IMG/VR virus record: IMGVR_UViG_3300047187_000002
Coordinates: 1 to 48,829 of that record
DNA length: 48,829 bases
Reading direction: 5' to 3' (one strand)
DNA from: a virus
Taxonomy: Duplodnaviria; Caudoviricetes
The first letter of the stretch is position 1, and the number at the start of each line of letters is the position of its first letter. The position numbers and the translations under genes are program-made. This document shows positions 47,330 through 48,829 of this stretch, piece by piece. The notes below the pieces were generated by a model. That model was not told the origin of the DNA and ran no database searches. It saw nothing but the letters and a program-made list of their open reading frames with translations.

Positions 47330-48829
47330 TGAGAAAGTATCTATTAATATTATTTCTTCTTTTAACCACTCTTGCAAGTGCCACAAACTACTATGTTAAA
47401 AATGGTGGTAATAATGCCTTGACGGGGCTTTCTGATGCTCAGGCATGGGAAACAATAGCCTATGTAAATTCTAAAGCATTTGTTCATGGTGATACTATTT
47501 TCTTTAAGAAAGGAAGTACATGGAGAATGACAGATTTAGTCTGTGATCCAGGAACGGCTGCCGGAGATGTCACATATACTTCTTATGGAACGGGTGCAAA
47601 GCCTTTGATACTTGGGAGCAAACAAGAAAATTCCACAGGTGATTGGGCAGATCAGGGGGGAAATTTATGGCGAAATACCGATGCTTCATTTACTACTGAA
47701 GTAGGAAACCTCATTTTTAATAATGAAGCAAGTTGCGCAGTAAGAAAAACAAGTCTTGGAGCAGTAGACGCACAGGGAGACTATTACTACAATGCCGCAA
47801 GCGATTATATAACTCTTTATTCTGTTGGTAATCCTGCTACATTTTATACAAATATAGAGTGTGCCTTAAAAAGTGCGAGTGCCTTAGTTACTTTATGGGA
47901 TTATGACTATATAACTATTGACGGTTTGGATTTAAGATACGGGGGGAGGCATGGAATAGCGGGTGCGGTAGGGAATAATCATATCACAATAAGAAATTGT
48001 AATGTTTCATGGATGGGCGGGGCAACGGACGCATCACGATTAGGCAATGGAATAGAGTTTTATGGTAGTTGTTCAAATATATTAGTTGAAAATGATTCCA
48101 TATCTAATATTTATGATTCGGGAATTACTTCTCAACTAGTCGGTGGTGCGGTTACAATATCCAATTATGTCATAAGAAACAATATCTTCAATAAATGCGA
48201 CATGTCCTTTGAATGGTGGTACTGGAGTACCTCCGGGACAGTATCAGGAATTTATTTTGAAAACAATACTTCTGTTGATGCGGGAAAGGGATGGAGTCAT
48301 GCTCAGAAAATATCGGAAGGTTATGGCAATTATCATGGCGAAGATGTGTATTCAAGTTTCATGGATGCTACCTGTTCAAATCTTTATATAAGAAACAATA
48401 TATTTTCCGGGGCATTAAGTCAGTCATTGGCTCTGTGGCCAGCAGCTATAACAGCGATTACCTTCGATTACAATTTATTCTACACCACTACTATTGCACA
48501 GGTATCAGGTTATATAAACTATACAACTATTGCAACATGGAGGGCAGCATCGGGTGATGATGCTCATTCTCTTTCGGGCGATCCGGTATTTGTGAGTGCA
48601 ACAGACTTTCGTTTACAGGTAACATCTCCGGCTAAAGATGTGGCATTATCAGTGGGGATAGTTTATGATTATGGTTGGTCTCCAAGGGATGCTACACCTG
48701 ATATGGGGGCTTATGAATATGGGGGTACACCAGAACCGCCGCCGCCTGCTTTGGCAACAGTCACAACGGCAAAACCTGTTATAAATTTATCTGCACTTAC
48801 AGCTTCGGGAGGGGGTGAGGTTGTATGGG
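47329..48829 (+). CDS. 5' part of 819-aa signal-peptide beta-helix protein (continues at 1-1086; absent from ORF track)
   Basis: Hand-translated open frame MRKYLLILFLLLTTLASA/TNYYVKNGGNN..GDTIFFKKG..DMGAYEY; TAATG coupling. Confidence 0.85.
   Translation, partial: MRKYLLILFLLLTTLASATNYYVKNGGNNALTGLSDAQAWETIAYVNSKAFVHGDTIFFKKGSTWRMTDLVCDPGTAAGDVTYTSYGTGAKPLILGSKQENSTGDWADQGGNLWRNTDASFTTEVGNLIFNNEASCAVRKTSLGAVDAQGDYYYNAASDYITLYSVGNPATFYTNIECALKSASALVTLWDYDYITIDGLDLRYGGRHGIAGAVGNNHITIRNCNVSWMGGATDASRLGNGIEFYGSCSNILVENDSISNIYDSGITSQLVGGAVTISNYVIRNNIFNKCDMSFEWWYWSTSGTVSGIYFENNTSVDAGKGWSHAQKISEGYGNYHGEDVYSSFMDATCSNLYIRNNIFSGALSQSLALWPAAITAITFDYNLFYTTTIAQVSGYINYTTIATWRAASGDDAHSLSGDPVFVSATDFRLQVTSPAKDVALSVGIVYDYGWSPRDATPDMGAYEYGGTPEPPPPALATVTTAKPVINLSALTASGGGEVVW
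48703..48829. repeat. Terminal direct repeat copy 2
   Basis: Identical to 1-127. Confidence 0.95.

Larger units (their letters stand above)
1..48829 (+). mobile_element. Complete circular tailed phage genome, siphovirus-like, probable Bacteroidota host
   Basis: Terminase, portal, capsid, tail chaperone frameshift, tape measure and lysis genes; terminal 127-bp overlap; unidirectional genes; Bacteroidota-type promoters. Confidence 0.93.

Noticed and set aside
9-47386. Minus-strand and nested ORFs in the six-frame track
   Set aside because: They shadow well-supported + strand genes and show no motifs; only 12756-12947 has recognisable content.
48703-48829. 127-bp terminal repeat as a biological DTR
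   Set aside because: Length equals a standard assembler k-mer and the repeat falls mid-gene; it indicates circular assembly only.
1-48829. Diversity-generating retroelement or retron
   Set aside because: No reverse transcriptase motifs, and I saw no TR/VR pair differing at adenines.
1-48829. CRISPR array or tRNA genes
   Set aside because: No repeat-spacer periodicity seen; the structured elements at 8168 and 21754 lack T-loop and D-loop consensus.
1-48829. Stop-codon reassignment
   Set aside because: Conserved genes are full-length under the standard code and end in TAA, TGA or TAG.

Overview
The window is an apparently complete, circularly assembled tailed-phage genome. Bases 1-127 repeat exactly at 48703-48829, most likely a k=127 assembly overlap, giving about 48,702 unique bp. 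Essentially all genes lie on the + strand. TTTG-N19-TAnnTTTG promoters and signal peptides followed by Gln point to a Bacteroidota host. Module order: tail-tip/spike genes (wrapping the contig ends), lysis region, a promoter/terminator-bounded candidate ncRNA and regulatory gap, recombination/replication/methylation genes, small accessory ORFs, an 8-gene glycan biosynthesis/transfer cassette, terminase, a GT2-TPR glycosyltransferase, then head and siphovirus-like tail genes with a -1 frameshifted tail chaperone. I recognised no integrase, CI-type repressor, polymerase, RT, CRISPR array or tRNA. The strongest novelty candidates are: (1) spike-like proteins with Sec signal peptides and Bacteroidota O-glycosylation sequons, in a genome with its own glycan machinery; (2) a permuted metacaspase (Cys before His) in the lysis cassette; (3) a ~125-nt structured RNA with complementary loops; (4) a DnaA domain IV-like protein plus paired DnaA-box-like sites before both putative late operons; (5) a ParB domain fused to a dual-frame C5-methyltransferase remnant. 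All family calls come from motif recognition by eye; no searches were run.
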